A DNA stretch of 64,000 nucleotides from Bacillota bacterium (GTDB taxonomy: Bacteria; Bacillota; Ch66; Ch109): NCBI GenBank assembly GCA_050952625.1, contig JBMNLH010000001.1, forward strand, positions 1,600,001-1,664,000, written 5' to 3'. The notes beneath the pieces are model-generated. The model saw nothing but the letters and a program-made list of their open reading frames with translations. It was not told where the DNA came from and did no database searches. The translations under genes were made by a program, and so were the position numbers. Every line of letters starts with the position of its first letter. Position 1 is the stretch's first letter. Below are positions 1 to 12,070 of this stretch, one piece after another.

Positions 1-883
1 CAATCTGCCCTCTTTGCTGTTCCACCATCCGTTTGAGGAGAATGTAGAGAATAGTGGCGGCCACGATTAAAAAGAGGAGCGGCATGGTCGTCACCATCGA
101 CTGCATTGACTGCAGTTCCTGTTTCAGGATCACTTCACTGACTTGGTCCTCCCGGGCATAGATGCTCTCCAAACCACATGATTTAAGCCTCGGCTTCAAC
201 TGGCTCTCCACTTCGGGATAGGTGTAGCCGGCAGCCAGGGTAAAGGCAAGATCGTTTAAGGATTCTTCCCCGTATAGTTTTTGCATCACGTCCAGCGGGA
301 GATAGGCCACTCCGAAGGTCGCCGGGTCCGGGTAGATATCCATCGGTGTCCGCATGGCATAGATAAATTCCGGGCTTTGGGCCGTCCCGGTCACCGTTAG
401 TTCCACTTGGTTGCCGGCGATGATCACCGGCAGTTTATCGCCCAATTGGAGGGCGTTGGCTGCCAGGAAACCGGGATCAAGCAGAATCCCCCGGGTGCCC
501 GCAGACGGCAAGTTTCCCTCAACAATCCGCACATCGTTTAACCGATCCGTTTGCTCCGGCCTAATCGACACCAGCCGCAGGTAAACATTCTCCTCCCGGT
601 CCGAAAACAATACCTGAGCGTCTTTAACCAGACGGCCTTCCAGTTGGGCTACCCCTTCGACAGCCGCCAAGCGGTCCGCTTGGGTCTGGGAGATCCCCCG
701 AACCTGAGCAAAACCGTCTGCAAATCGGTACTCCGCATAAAAATTGTTCCGGGCGTCATTAAGCCCTTCAAAGACGACGGACATCGAGGTATAAAGCATT
801 AAGCCTATTGCAATAACGGTAATGCAGGCTAGATAGGCTGCTTTGTTCTCGGTTAGATCTCGCCACATTTTTCTCCACAGCAT
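1..883 (-). CDS. ABC transporter permease, FtsX/MacB-like (5' part; runs off window)
   Basis: Manual translation from ATG at 883 (TAATG overlap with the upstream ATPase stop) gives [34 protein letters not shown]..., a typical FtsX-family N-terminus with a TM helix. Not in the ORF track because it is truncated. Confidence 0.8.
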   Translation of the reverse strand, partial: MLWRKMWRDLTENKAAYLACITVIAIGLMLYTSMSVVFEGLNDARNNFYAEYRFADGFAQVRGISQTQADRLAAVEGVAQLEGRLVKDAQVLFSDREENVYLRLVSIRPEQTDRLNDVRIVEGNLPSAGTRGILLDPGFLAANALQLGDKLPVIIAGNQVELTVTGTAQSPEFIYAMRTPMDIYPDPATFGVAYLPLDVMQKLYGEESLNDLAFTLAAGYTYPEVESQLKPRLKSCGLESIYAREDQVSEVILKQELQSMQSMVTTMPLLFLIVAATILYILLKRMVEQQRGQI

Positions 884-1587
884 TACCAACTCACCTCTTC
901 CGCGGCTTTGGGTTGGTCAATTACGCGGACGCTGGCGATCTCCCCGTCTTTCATTCTAAATACCCGATCAGCCATATCGGCGATGCTGGCATTATGGGTG
1001 ATAACGATTACAGTCTTCTGGTATTTAAGATTAAAATTACGCAACAGTTTTAATATCTGAATCCCGGTGCTCAGGTCCAAGGCCCCGGTTGGCTCATCGC
1101 ATAAGAGCAGTTCTGGGTTTTTGGCTACTGCTCTCGCTACCGCTACCCGCTGCTGTTCCCCGCCCGACAACTGGGCTGGGAAATGGTTCGCTCGCTCCGC
1201 TAGGCCCACTTCCGCCAGGACCTCGGCCGCGGCCAAAGGATTCGTCGTTATTTCCGTCGCTAACTCCACGTTTTCGTAGGCGGTTAAATTAGGCATTAAA
1301 TTATAAAATTGAAAAATAAAACCGACGGCGTTTCGTCGATAGCGAGTCATTACACTTTCTTCGGCGTTATGGAGCGGCATTCCCTGATAGAAAAGCTCAC
1401 CTTCACTGACTTGATCCATCCCGCCCATTAAGTTTAGCAAAGTACTCTTACCGGAACCGCTCGGACCAAGCACCACCACAAACTCACCTTGATAGATTTC
1501 AAAGCTGACCCGTTTCAAGGCATCCACGCGCACCTGCCCCATCTGGTACCATTTACTGACCTGCTTACCTTCAAGGATTACCTTCAC
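883..1587 (-). CDS. ABC transporter ATP-binding protein (LolD/MacB-like)
   Basis: Walker A GPSGSGKS, signature LSGGEQQR, Walker [10 protein letters not shown]-loop ITHN. Confidence 0.95.
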   Translation of the reverse strand: MKVILEGKQVSKWYQMGQVRVDALKRVSFEIYQGEFVVVLGPSGSGKSTLLNLMGGMDQVSEGELFYQGMPLHNAEESVMTRYRRNAVGFIFQFYNLMPNLTAYENVELATEITTNPLAAAEVLAEVGLAERANHFPAQLSGGEQQRVAVARAVAKNPELLLCDEPTGALDLSTGIQILKLLRNFNLKYQKTVIVITHNASIADMADRVFRMKDGEIASVRVIDQPKAAEEVSW

Positions 1588-1660
1588 CGTCCCACCACCT
1601 TTTAACCATCAAAAATGAGGATTCCTTTGGATAAAATATCTGGATAAGACATCATACTAG

Positions 1661-2248
1661 TTAGTGTGTTTGCTTTCCTAACAAACCGTAAAAAAACAAC
1701 AGGGTTAAATCATGCCGATCCTTATTAGAGAGCTCCATATTGATCAGTTCATTTTTAAACATTTTCATATATAAAACAACGGCGTTATTAGATAAGTCAG
1801 GATTTACATATCCTTCCTGCTTGCCTTGCTCAATAAGCTTTATCATTAGAGGCACGGTTCGGGTTTGAAAAAACTGTTCTAAAAGATCCTGAACAAATGG
1901 TTCCTTCCATATAGAAGACCGCAGAAATTCCTCACTGTAAACGGTAATAGCATCCATTTTATTTAAAAACATATTTTCAAATTTGTTAATAAATGGAATC
2001 CGGTCATCAAACAGCTTCTCGTACTTCTGCATTTCGTTTTCCATTAAAAAAAAGATGACCTGTTTAACTAGGTTTTCCTTGCTGCCAAAATAATTATAGA
2101 TACTTACCGGTGAAACCGCCGCTTTTTTGGCAATTGAGACAATGCTTACCGAATTTATTCCATGAGTACAAAAAAGTTGCGTCGCTGCTTGAATAATCGC
2201 GTTGATCTTCTTTTGCCGACGTAGTTCAAAACCGTTCAAGTTGCTCAC
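1661..2248 (-). CDS. TetR/AcrR family transcriptional regulator
   Basis: N-terminal HTH IAKKAAVSPVSIYNYFGSKENL; sits upstream of the ABC exporter. Confidence 0.9.
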   Translation of the reverse strand: MSNLNGFELRRQKKINAIIQAATQLFCTHGINSVSIVSIAKKAAVSPVSIYNYFGSKENLVKQVIFFLMENEMQKYEKLFDDRIPFINKFENMFLNKMDAITVYSEEFLRSSIWKEPFVQDLLEQFFQTRTVPLMIKLIEQGKQEGYVNPDLSNNAVVLYMKMFKNELINMELSNKDRHDLTLLFFYGLLGKQTH

Positions 2249-2269
2249 CTCAAAATATCTTAATGCTTT

Positions 2270-2300
2270 TTATGAAATATTTCAATGCAATATTTCATAA
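2270..2300. promoter_or_regulatory. Probable TetR operator (12 bp inverted repeat)
   Basis: TTATGAAATATT-N7-AATATTTCATAA about 20 bp upstream of the TetR start. Confidence 0.6.
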
Positions 2301-2384
2301 TTCCACATGAAGATACTTGTGGATAAGGAGAATATGTCCAGTCTGGCTACCTATAACAAGTTAACCCGACAATTGGCGTAAGAA

Positions 2385-2467
2385 GTGAACTCGTTCAGCT
2401 TCGCTGAACATCCGAGGCTTCAGATTGAGACTCTACTCCACCTGAAGAGTCTTTTGATTTGGATAAA
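2385..2467 (-). mobile_element. IS200/IS605-like non-autonomous palindromic element (family A), internally deleted copy
   Basis: Matches the other family A copies. On the minus strand it reads TTTAT-CCAAATCAAAAGACT...TTCAGGTGGAGTAGAGTCTC..TCTGAAG...GTTCAGCGAAGCTGAACGAGTTCAC. Confidence 0.7.
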
Positions 2468-2613
2468 TCCTCTGTGATTAAATACAAAAAACCGGTCACG
2501 CATCAGGAAACTTTTCCTTTTGTAACCGGCCTTTTTATCGTGTGGGAAACGGGGACAAGTTCAATGTCCATTATCCCAGAAAAATGTTATACTGGTTAAG
2601 AAGAGTGGTAAAT

Positions 2614-2690
2614 ATGCCCAGGATAGCTTGAAAAAAGCGAAAGCGGTATCTATCATCTAATGTTCAGGGACATCAACCGACAAAATATTT
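2614..2690 (+). pseudogene. N-terminal stump of a REP-associated tyrosine transposase (RAYT, Y1 HUH family)
   Basis: Reads MPRIA*K, then after a frameshift SESGIYHLMFRDINRQNI, matching the Firmicute RAYT start MPRxARxKSxSGIYHxMxRGINRQxIF. A REP-like GGGGACAAGTTCAATGTCC lies at 2551-2569. Confidence 0.65.
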
Positions 2691-3971
2691 TAGCGGATGT
2701 TCCGGTGTTTAAAGGTTTTAGTTTTGTTGGCGTAGTCAGCCACGACCTGGCCTTGGCCGATTAGTTTATACTTGTAGATTACTAGACCATCTAGGCCGAC
2801 CGGGCCGCGGGCGTGGATTTTACTCGTGCTGATGCCGACTTCCGCCCCAAAACCATACCGAAAACCATCACTGAATCGGGTGGAACAGTTCCAGAAAACG
2901 TTCCCGGAATCGACCAGATTCATAAACTCGGCTGCATTTTCTTGACTATGAGTAATAATGGCGTCGGTATGCCCGGAGCCATAAGTGTTAATATGATCTA
3001 TTGCTTCCTGAAGACTGTTGACCACCTTAATCGACAACTTATAATCCAGGTACTCGGTCCGCCAATCCTCTTCCGTAGCCAGGCCCACCTCGATAATCTT
3101 TTGCGTTTCCGCACAGCCGACCAGTTCCACCTGCCGCAGAATCCATTTCTGCTTTCAACTGGGGTAAGAATTGAGGGGCGATGGCTCGGTGTACCAACAA
3201 GGTCTCGGTGGCGTTGCAGACGGCGACGTATTGTGTTTTAGCATCAATGACTAACTCCAAAGCCATCTTCAGATCGGCCGCGGCATCCACGTAACAGTGA
3301 CAGATTCCATCGGCGTGGCCCAAAACAGCAATGCTGGTGTTCTCCATAATGTAGCGCACAAACTCATTCGAACCCCGGGGAACGATCAGATCCAGGTATT
3401 GATCTAGTTTCAACATTTCCTTTACGTCGTCCCGGGTTTCCAGAAGCTGGATCCAACCAGCCGGGATCCCGGCTTGGGCGGTGGCCTCCCGGATAATCTC
3501 GGCCAGGATCCGATTGGTTTCCTTGGCCTCACTCCCGCCCTTTAACAGCACAGCGTTCCCACTCTTGAGAGCCAAGGTAGAAATCTGAACCAAGGCATCC
3601 GGCCGAGATTCAAAAATAATCCCGATAACCCCAATCGGGCAGCTGACCTTGTAAAGTACCAGCCCATCATCCAGTTCTGTGGCTGCCAGGGTTGTCCCCA
3701 CTGGGTCCGGTAGTTGGATCAAGCTGTTGATGCCGCTGATTACCTCGTTTATTTTAGACTGATCAAAATTTAATCTCTTTAAGAGGGGCATCGCCAGTTG
3801 CTCGTCTTTACTTCTGGCCAGATCTATCGTATTGGCCTGAATAATCTCTGCCTGCCGCTCGCTTAATAACCGGGCGATCTCGCTCAAAGCCTGATTTTTA
3901 ACCGCCACCGGGGTGGCTGCTAGCTGGATTGAAGCCTTTTTGGCTAAGGAGGCCATTTCCTTAATACTCAT
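2690..3971 (-). CDS. proA: Gamma-glutamyl phosphate reductase, split by one frameshift near 3135
   Basis: Motifs GVIGIIFESRP, LKGGSEA, VCNATETLLVH, TEYL, HINTYGSGHTDAI, FSDGFRYGFGAEVGIST, HARGPVGL across ORFs 3039-3971 and 2690-3130. Confidence 0.9.
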
Positions 3972-4093
3972 GCTCTAATCACCTGTTCTTTTCAAAGATT
4001 ACTAACCCCATGATACTATAGAACTGATTTTTGGCAAGACTGAAAACACAGACAACCTAAAGAACAATGGGACGGTTTAACTGTCCCGATTTA

Positions 4094-4153
4094 TCCGAAA
4101 ATCATTTTGTTTCGTGTCATTTCAAGCGAAGCGAAGAATCTTTCCCACGCTGT
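4094..4153 (-). repeat. Family B composite repeat, right half (inverted)
   Basis: TGTCATTTCAAGCGAAGCGAAGAATCTTTCCCACGCTG. Its reverse complement matches 27341-27390 and 36777-36858. Confidence 0.65.
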
Positions 4154-4316
4154 GAAATACTGATCCTTTCTCCCTGTCACACTAATAAACTAATAAACAG
4201 GGCATTTTTTGAGACACTAAGCCTAGCTCCCTGTCCCACATCTAGATTGCCAAAGATTGTGAAACGTTGTATAACTCTATTATAAGTTAAATTCTTTTTA
4301 AGAAGGGGAGAATACC

Positions 4317-7300
4317 ATGCGACTCCCGAATTATAAAATAATTGAAAAGGTAGTCGAAAACCAGCAGGCGGCTATTTTCAAGGCTTACCATAAAAACGAC
4401 CCGGACCGGGTCCTAATCCTTAAAGTCTTGAAAACAACCTTCCTGTCTGAATACCAGATAGCTCAATTTAGACAGAGGGTTGAACATCTCAGGGTGCTAA
4501 ACCATCCCCTGATTATTGCCCCTATCTCATTCGGCGTCACCGACGAGAATTGCTTTATTACCTATGAATTCTTTGATGGCGTGCCGCTTAATCAACTGAC
4601 AAAGCCACAGTTGGGAATCGACTTAAACGCTTTTTTCACCATTGCCTGCAAGCTCGCGCAGGCTATCGATAATGTTCATGAGTCCGGCATTATTCATGGC
4701 GGCATAAAACCGAACAACATCCTGGTAAACCCCAATACCCTTGACATTCGGTTGATCGACTTCATCAGCGCAGTTGATATGAGAGAGATTAGCCATTTTA
4801 TCTATAATTATTCATTTATCAGAGAAACTCTAGCCTATACCTCCCCGGAACAGACTGGCCGCATCAACCACCGGGTTGCTTTTACTTCGGATCTCTATTC
4901 ACTAGGAGTTGTCTTTTTTGAGATGCTGACTGGCCATCTTCCGTTCTTATCCGATGATCCCCTAGAATTGATCCATTTTCATCTGGCTAAAAAGGCTTCG
5001 CTGGTTCATGAATTAAACCCAGCTATTCCCCCAGTTTTAAGTAAAATTATTGCTAAACTAATGTATAAAGAGCCGGAGAAACGCTATCAAACCGGCCGCG
5101 GGCTCTTAGCGGACCTTGTTCGGGCTCAGGACGAGTATTTAGCCACTGGGACGATCCGCGATTTTCCTTTAGAAAGCTCAATCTATCCTCATCAGATTAG
5201 CTTCATCTCCAAAATGGTCGGCCGAGATCGGGAAGCTAAAATAATTCTTGAGGAATATGAGCAAGTTGTTCAGGGGGCATTTCGCTCATTGCTTATCTCT
5301 GGACTATCCGGCATCGGCAAGACCCGCCTCATTCAAGAACTGCAAAAACCGTTGATCCAACACCGGGGCTACTTTACCTCCGGCAAATTCGATGTGTCCC
5401 AGAAGAATATTCCTTATAGTTCGCTTATCCAAGCTTTTAGGAATTTAATCCGGACCTTTCTAACTGAAAGCGATAAACGGGTTGAGCTTTGGAAAAAAAG
5501 AATTTTAGAAGCCGTCGGCCAAAATGGTAAGGTCTTGACCGATGTCATCCCGGAATTGGAGATCTTGATCGGACCGCAACCAGAAGTCAATCAGCTTCCG
5601 CCGGTCGAATCACTCAACCGATTCCATGACTTATTTGGCCGTTTTTTGGCTTGCTTAGCGAGCAAGGAGAATCCGCTTATCTTATTCATCGACGACCTGC
5701 AATGGTGTGACTCAGCCTCTTTTGACTTTTTGGCCAATGTGTTTACCAATCATCTGGAACATCCATACCTTTTCTTTTTGGGCGCATACCGCCATAACGA
5801 GGTAGGGTCCAGCCATCCTCTAGCCAAGCTAATCCGCAGTGCCACTGAAGCTCGCCGGCCATTGAAAGAAATCAAACTGAAACCCTTAGAACCCGAACAT
5901 TGCCATGAAATGGTATCATACATCCTCGATTCTCCCCTAGACAAAACCAAAGCTTTATCTGATTTCATCTGCACACTGAGCGATGGGAACCCGCTCTTTG
6001 TCACGGAAAGCCTGTCCTATCTGTATAACGAAGATCTTCTTTTTCTTGATGCAGACAGGCAATGGCGATGGGACCTGGATAAGATTCATGAATCATGCAT
6101 GCCGACAACTGTAGTCGCTCTTTTTTGTGCCAAGATTGAGAAACTAGTGCCAGACCTAATTACCCTCCTTGAATACTGTGCCTGTAGCGGAAATACCTTT
6201 TCACCGGCAGAGCTAGCATCAAACATGGGGATAACCCTCCGGGATACTTTCGAAATGCTGAAACCGGCTCTGAGTCAGAGGTTGCTGATAGAAAGCAAAA
6301 ACCAGTTGCAGTTTATCCATGACAAGGTCCAGGAAGCGGTCCTGTCCATGATTTCGGCGGAAAGACGCCGGCAGATTCACTGGCGAATTGGCAGCCGTCT
6401 CTTGTCCGCTATTCCGGAGGACCAGATAGACCTCGAAAAAATAGATAACCTTTTCACCATTGTCTCTCATCTTAACCTGGGAAGAGAAAAGCACCTAGAT
6501 AACCAAACGGCGTACCGCCTCTCAGATCTTAACTACCACGCCGGCAACAAAGCCCTTGCTGCCCTCGCGACGGAAGCAGCCAATGATTATTTCAACCTCA
6601 GCCTCGAACTGCTGCCGAGTGACTGCTGGGAAGATAGTCAATATAACCAGACTTTCTTGATCTATAAAAAAGCGGCAAACTGAGCTTATGTGCGGCAATT
6701 ACCAAAAATCGGAAAGGCTGCTCAACTATTTGCTGCAAAATGCTAAGACCGACCTGGATAAGGCAGAGTGTTTGGCAGAACAAACGACTACCCTGTCCTC
6801 CATTGGTAATTTCATCAAGGCGATCGAGACGGCTAACCGGGGACTGGCCTACTTCGGCAAGTCCATCCCCGCCAGTCCAGCGGAAGCGGACCAGAAACGG
6901 CAGGAGTTAATGGTTGATATTGCCGCAAAAAACATTGATGTCTGGGAAACCATCCTGAACATGCCCTTTACCACTGACCGAAAGAGTAAGATCGAGTTGG
7001 CCTTCTATAGTGAACTGATTCCCGACCTATATTTGTCCGGCCTTGTCCCCCAACTCTACCTAGCGGCGACACTTTCCACCCAGCATTGCCTGGCCGGGGG
7101 GATGGATGAATCTGTGATCTATTCTTTCAGCATCATGGGACTTCAGCTAGGAGAACAGGAAGACTTCGCCTCCGCGTTTCGGTACGAGGACCTGGCTCGG
7201 GAACTATCGGCCAAGTACCCCAATACCTTTGGGGCCACTCGGGGAATGAATGGGATCGTTTGGTGCAACATGCACTCCAGAAGTCACCCAAGGGAGATTG

Positions 7301-9948
7301 TTGATTATTGTCTCAAATCGATTCAGTGCGGAAAAAACTGTGGTGACCTGTTTAATGCCGGTCTGTCTTACGGTCCGCTGATGTGGAATCTTCAGGTGCA
7401 AGGGGCGGACCTAACGACAATTGAACACTATGCCAAAGAATGCTTGCAATTTTCTAAGCGTTACCATCTATCCTTTTCCGTCGGCCTGGCCGAGGCAATG
7501 CAGGCGGGTTGGATCGAGCCCATGAAAAAACATTATTCACCGATAGCCATGGAAGAAAAAGTCAAACAGTGGGAACAGGACAACCACATCGCCTCCGCTG
7601 GAAGTTATTATATCCACATGGCTTTAACGCATTATTATTTTGGTGAGTATGAAAAGGCTGAGGAGTACCTGGTCGGCGCCCGTAAGTATTTGTCAGGCCT
7701 GACCGATAACGTGCTAAAAAGACAGTGGCATGTCTTCCGGGTTTTAAACGCACTAAAACTATATGATAAGGGCTTTCGCTTTAAGAATATCCATGAGTTA
7801 TTGGCCGAAATCCGGCCAATCATTGAAAAAGTCAAGCTGTGGGCTAGTTTAGGACCTTTATTGAAACCCTACCTAGCTTTTATGTATGCTGAATTGGAAA
7901 GAGTTACTGGTATTTTTAATGAGGCCAGAGGTCTCTACCTTGATGCCATAGAGATGGCTAATAGGCTAAGTTATACCTTTCTGGAAGGTCACCTAAACGA
8001 ATGTCTGGGGGAATTCCTGCTGCAGGCCGGTCGAGGGCCGGAAAAGGTATTTTTTAACGAAGCAGCGCGTTTATACAAGAAATGTCACGCAACCCGAAAA
8101 GAATATCAGCTGATTGAGAAATATCCTGAGTATTTTGAAGAAGAAAAAACAGCCTACTCAGACCTTGAGGCGGATTATCCGAAACGTATTCTGTACGACC
8201 TGGACGTGGAATACCTTACCAAGGCATCTCTGGCTATTTCTGCGGAAATAGAACCGGAGGCCCTGATTAAAAAGATTATGAACCTGGTTATCGAAAGCTC
8301 CGGAGCGCAGCACGGCTATCTGTTGATCGAAGAAAACGGTAATCTGTTCATCCGAGCCACAAGCCACGTCTCAGAAAAGCAGGTCGTCCAGTTAGTTAAC
8401 ATAAAACTGGATGATGCTAAAGATATCTGCAAAGCCATCGTTCGTTATGTATACCGAACCAAAGAGAAGGTAATCCTGAACAATGCTGCCCAAGAAGGGA
8501 TGTTCAAAAACAATCTAGAGGTCCAGCAGCTGCAATTACGCTCAGTCTTTTGTCTGCCGGTGATTGAGCAATCAAGAATGATTGGGATAATCTACCTGGA
8601 AAATCGCTTGTCCGATTCGGTATTTACCGTCAACAATGCGCAGATGACAGAGCTGCTAACCTCCCAGGCTGCCATCTCCCTGGAAAATTCCCGGTTATTG
8701 GAAATAATGAAGAAAGCGGAGGAAAAACTGCGCCTGGCCAAGGAAGCACTAGAGGTCCAGGTGCAAGAACGAACCGCAGAACTGGCTAAAGCCAACCAAC
8801 TGCTGGAAAGAGACAATGCCGAACGCAAGCGGGCTGAGGAAGCCGCGAAAGCAGAACGGCAGCAGTTTTATAAGGTCCTGGAAATGCTTCCGGCTTACTT
8901 GATTCTGCTGACGCCGGATTATCATGTCCCCTTTGCTAATCGACTCTTTAGGGAACGTTTTGGAGCATCTAGCCGCCGTTGTTATGAACATTTGTTTGGA
9001 TATAGTCAGCCCTGTCCTAATTGCGAGACCTTCCAGGTCCTTGCGACCATGGCACCCCATGAGTGGGAATGGAACGGCCCGGACGGCCGTATTTACCATG
9101 TTTTTGACTTTCCTTTTACTGACGTGGATGGGTCCACCCTGATCCTGGAGATGGGTATTGACATTACTGATCATAAAAAGGCAGAAGAAGAGATTCAAAA
9201 GCTAAACCGGGAACTGGAGCAGCGCGTTAACGAACGGACCGCCCAATTGGCCGCCGCTAACGAGGAACTGCACACCAGTGAGGCGCAATTACAGGAAGCC
9301 TTATTCGAAAAAGAGGTACTGCTCAAAGAGATCCATCATCGGGTTAAAAATAACCTCCAGATCATTCACAGCATGCTCAATCTTCAACTGCCTTATATCA
9401 AAGATGAGCAAGCCATTGAACTATTCAAGGAAAGCCAAAACCGAGTCTTCTCAATGGCCCTGATTCACGAGAAAATGTATCAATCTAAGTCGTTGGCCAA
9501 GATCGACTTGGCCGAATATATCCGTAACCTGACCACCAACTTGTTCCTATCGTATGGAGTGAGTGAGAGAGTGATCAAACCTAGAATATACGTTGAGAAC
9601 CTAACGTTTAACATTGATACAATGATCCCCTGTGCCTTAATCATTAATGAACTCGTTACGAATTCGCTAAAATACGCCTTTCCGAATACCTCCAGAGGTC
9701 TAAATAATAAGTCTGAGGTTCGCATTGAACTCCGTCATGGTGCTGATAATAAATACATATTGACCGTCAGCGACAATGGTGTTGGGCTACCGGAGGGCTT
9801 CCAGATTCAGGACTGTGAGTCGCTGGGACTAAAACTTGTCAGGGTGCTGGTAAAACAGCTCAAGGGGAGTATTAACCTTAATTCAAGCAATGGAACCGAG
9901 TTTACGATAAAGTTTAGGGAACTAGCAAGGAAGGGGAGTATGAAATAA
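4317..9948 (+). CDS. Multidomain sensor: Ser/Thr kinase-like + AAA ATPase + helical region + GAF + PAS + HisKA_2-type histidine kinase (~1875 aa; frameshift near 6670)
   Basis: YTSPEQTGRIN..SDLYSLG (kinase C-lobe), GLSGIGKT and LILFIDDLQW (AAA), IIYLENRL (GAF), EIHHRVKNNLQ and NELVTNSLKYAF (HisKA_2/HATPase). The two ORFs are 4 bp apart. Confidence 0.88.
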
Positions 9949-11900
9949 TGTCTGGTGCCAGAATACTAATTGTTGAAGACGAAGGTATTGAAGCCCTTGA
10001 TTTGCAACAAAGAGTAACCGGCATGGGTTACACCGTTCTAGATATTGTATCTACTGGAGAAGAGGCCATAGAAAAAGCAGGGGAAACCTTACCAGACCTG
10101 GTGTTGATGGATATCATGCTTCCTGGAGAAATTGATGGAGTGACCGCCGCTGAACAGATCCGATCTCGCTTTAATCTTCCAGTTATTTATATTACCGCCT
10201 ATGCTGATGAAGATACTCTGCAGCGGGCTAAGGTAACCGAGCCGTACGGTTATATTGTCAAACCTTTCCGGGAAAGAGAATTACAAATAACCATTGACAT
10301 GGCCCTACACAAACACGAAATGGGAAAGAAGTTGAGAGAGAGTGCCAAATGGTTTTCCACAACACTCAAAAGTATTGGCGATGCGGTAATCGCCACCGAT
10401 AAAAAAGGTCGAATAACCTTTATGAATCCGGTGGCCGAGAGGTTAATGGGTTGGAAGTTGGAAGAAGTTAAATCTAAAAAACTGACTGAAGTATTCAACA
10501 TCATCAATATGTACTCACGCCAACCGGCTGAAAACCCGGTTACCCGGGTCCTCCTGGAAGGCGTTACTATTGGCTTGGCCAACCATACCCTATTGATCGC
10601 GAAAGATGGGACAGAAATTCCAATAGATGATAGTGCCGCGCCGATTAAAGACGACCAGGGGAATATTGTCGGGGTAGTCCTGGTATTTCATGATGTAACC
10701 GAGCGTATCCAAACAGAAGCAGCCCTACGCGAGAGCGAAGAACGCTATCGCACCCTAGCGGAAGAACTCCGCGAGGCGGATAACCGCAAGAACGAATTTT
10801 TGGCGATCCTCTCCCACGAACTACGCAACCCGCTCGCCGCTATTCAAAACAGCTTGAACATCCTTGACCGCACTAAACCTGGCAGTGACCAGGCTCTGCT
10901 AGCTAAAAGTATTATTGACCGGCAGGTAAGGCAGCTTTCGCATCTGGTCGATGATTTGCTCGACATTACCCGTATTACTCAAAAAAAGATCAAGTTGCAG
11001 CGACAGCGGCTTGAGCTTAATGAACTCGTGCGACGGACTCTGGAAGACCATCGATCACTTTTCGAGAAAAGCGGCGTACGTTTAGAAGCCGAATTGGCTC
11101 CAACGCCGATTTTCTCGAACGCTGATGGAGCCCGTCTAGCGCAAGTGGTTGGAAACTTACTGATGAATGCGGCCAAGTTTACCGACTATGGCGGACATAC
11201 TCGAGTGTGCCTCGAGAGCGATGCCACCCAGCAACAAGCAATAATTCGGGTAATCGATACTGGAATTGGGCTAGCCCCGGAAACACTCCCCCGCCTCTTC
11301 CGGCCATTCATGCAGGCAGAAACAACCCTTGACCGCAGCCGGGGCGGACTTGGCCTTGGGTTAGCCCTGAGCAAGGGACTGGTTGAGCTCCACGGCGGCA
11401 AACTAAAGGCTAACAGTGCCGGAATCGGTAAAGGGGCCGAATTTGTTGTCTGCCTTCCTTTAGAAGAAACCGCTTCCAATGAAGAACAGCCATCTATTAC
11501 TCTAGAGATTGCACACCCCAACCGACGACGGGTACTGATCATCGATGACATTGTCGATGTAGCGGATACCCTTCGTGACTTGATCAAACTCAATGACCAT
11601 GAAGTGGCCGTTGCTTACAATGGCCCTGAGGGACTAGCCAAGGCTCGGGAATTTCAGCCCGAGGTTTTGCTGTGCGATATCGGGCTGCCTAAAATGAATG
11701 GCTACGATATTGCGAAAGCTATTCGTCAGGACGAAACACTCAAAGGTATATTCCTGGTGGCTTTAACCGGTTATGCTATGCCGGAGGATCTGCAGCGAGC
11801 AACTGAGGCCGGTTTTGATTACCATTTGGCCAAGCCAGTTGATCTGGATGAATTAAATCGAATGCTGACTGAGATACCCAATAATCTAAAAACTTTTTAA
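9948..11900 (+). CDS. Hybrid histidine kinase REC-PAS-HisKA-HATPase-REC
   Basis: ILIVEDE/DLVLMDI receiver, PAS, SHELRNPL, NLLMNAAKFT, GGLGLGL, C-terminal receiver. TAATG coupling to the upstream gene. Confidence 0.93.
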   Translation: MSGARILIVEDEGIEALDLQQRVTGMGYTVLDIVSTGEEAIEKAGETLPDLVLMDIMLPGEIDGVTAAEQIRSRFNLPVIYITAYADEDTLQRAKVTEPYGYIVKPFRERELQITIDMALHKHEMGKKLRESAKWFSTTLKSIGDAVIATDKKGRITFMNPVAERLMGWKLEEVKSKKLTEVFNIINMYSRQPAENPVTRVLLEGVTIGLANHTLLIAKDGTEIPIDDSAAPIKDDQGNIVGVVLVFHDVTERIQTEAALRESEERYRTLAEELREADNRKNEFLAILSHELRNPLAAIQNSLNILDRTKPGSDQALLAKSIIDRQVRQLSHLVDDLLDITRITQKKIKLQRQRLELNELVRRTLEDHRSLFEKSGVRLEAELAPTPIFSNADGARLAQVVGNLLMNAAKFTDYGGHTRVCLESDATQQQAIIRVIDTGIGLAPETLPRLFRPFMQAETTLDRSRGGLGLGLALSKGLVELHGGKLKANSAGIGKGAEFVVCLPLEETASNEEQPSITLEIAHPNRRRVLIIDDIVDVADTLRDLIKLNDHEVAVAYNGPEGLAKAREFQPEVLLCDIGLPKMNGYDIAKAIRQDETLKGIFLVALTGYAMPEDLQRATEAGFDYHLAKPVDLDELNRMLTEIPNNLKTF

Positions 11901-12055
11901 AATACAACCGTTTATAAAGCCCTCGCTTTTCTTGGCAAACTCCTTAATCTCACTGAAATGGGTGGTGGCTACGATGGCGGCCTGCTTACTGAAAACCTCC
12001 TCCAGCACGGCGACGGCAAAACCCATTCCTTCTCCTGGCTCAGTCCCCGCCCCCA
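11900..12055 (-). pseudogene. Internal fragment of a MutS2-family ATPase
   Basis: LGAGTEPGEGMGFAVAVLEEV..AAIVATTHFSEIKEFA..GFING resembles the MutS domain V segment DELGAGTDPxEG...ATTH. No rest of the gene is present. Confidence 0.65.
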
Positions 12056-12070
12056 ATCTACAAAAAAATA

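Noticed and set aside
6660-6700. Programmed ribosomal frameshift in the giant kinase
   Set aside because: No clear stimulatory structure, and similar breaks occur in many unrelated genes, favouring assembly error.
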